The notes below the pieces were generated by a model that was given only the letters and a program-made list of their open reading frames with translations, made no database searches and was not told where the DNA came from. A DNA stretch of 64,000 nucleotides from an uncultured delta proteobacterium. Lineage in GTDB: Bacteria > Desulfobacterota > Binatia > UBA9968. The DNA is taken from contig CAVUVW010000004.1 of the NCBI GenBank assembly GCA_963745035.1, positions 28,021 through 92,020 on the forward strand. The letters run 5' to 3'. How positions within the stretch are numbered: position 1 is the stretch's first letter; every line of letters starts with the position of its first letter. Shown piece by piece: positions 63,752 through 64,000 of the stretch. Made by a program: the position numbers and the translations under genes.

Positions 63752-64000
63752 ATGAATTTTATAGTTGTCCTACTCGGCTCCTGGTTTTTGCTTTTGAGCC
63801 TGGCTTCCGCTTCGTGGTCGGCGGACGTCGATAAGAATCAGGCCGGCAAAGCAGTCCCATTGCCGGTGGAACTTAAGGTCGTCGAAAAATGGCGGGGGAC
63901 TTGGGATGTGAAGGCCATGAGGCGTCAACCACAACCCGCCGGAGAGGTGATTTACGCGGAGACTTTCGATTGGGTGCTCGACGGCCGCTATCTCCGCTCG
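63752..64000 (+). CDS. Secreted hypothetical protein (DUF1579-like), runs off the window
   Basis: RBS aggag; MNFIVVLLGSWFLLLSLASASWSA signal peptide; GTWDV...WVLDGRYL. Confidence 0.6.
   Translation, partial: MNFIVVLLGSWFLLLSLASASWSADVDKNQAGKAVPLPVELKVVEKWRGTWDVKAMRRQPQPAGEVIYAETFDWVLDGRYLRS

Overview
GC-rich bacterial chromosomal DNA. The gene content and intergenic repeats resemble Candidatus Binatia or similar uncultured soil lineages, but that is only an inference. Many genes are split by 1-bp indels, most likely long-read assembly errors. 1-9.5 kb: HAD hydrolase, Cys-type sulfatase, MliC, two DUF1254/DUF1214 proteins, aqpZ and a CDF transporter. 10.8-43.2 kb: a divergent LysR gene heads a ~31-kb co-oriented catabolic island. 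It holds 4 Rieske oxygenase alpha subunits, 2 UbiD decarboxylases, 3 divergent ComD/ComE-like ThDP decarboxylase pairs, a CADD-like diiron protein, a lone Mo-hydroxylase large subunit, a DesZ-like ring-cleavage dioxygenase, 3 aldolases of different classes, a bicupin, an FMN hydroxy-acid oxidase and 6 NMT1/SsuA-type binding proteins with no cognate permease or ATPase. 43-58 kb: methyltransferase, stand-alone carboxyltransferase, amidase, aminotransferase, and a TctBAC-PrpD-enolase-amidohydrolase operon. 58-64 kb: MFS transporter, ettA, and a GT87 gene lying between ettA and a diverged, truncated second ettA 5' end. No rRNA, tRNA, CRISPR array, transposase or integrase was seen. The best candidate for an undescribed system is the multi-paralog Rieske/UbiD/ComDE-like/diiron island.
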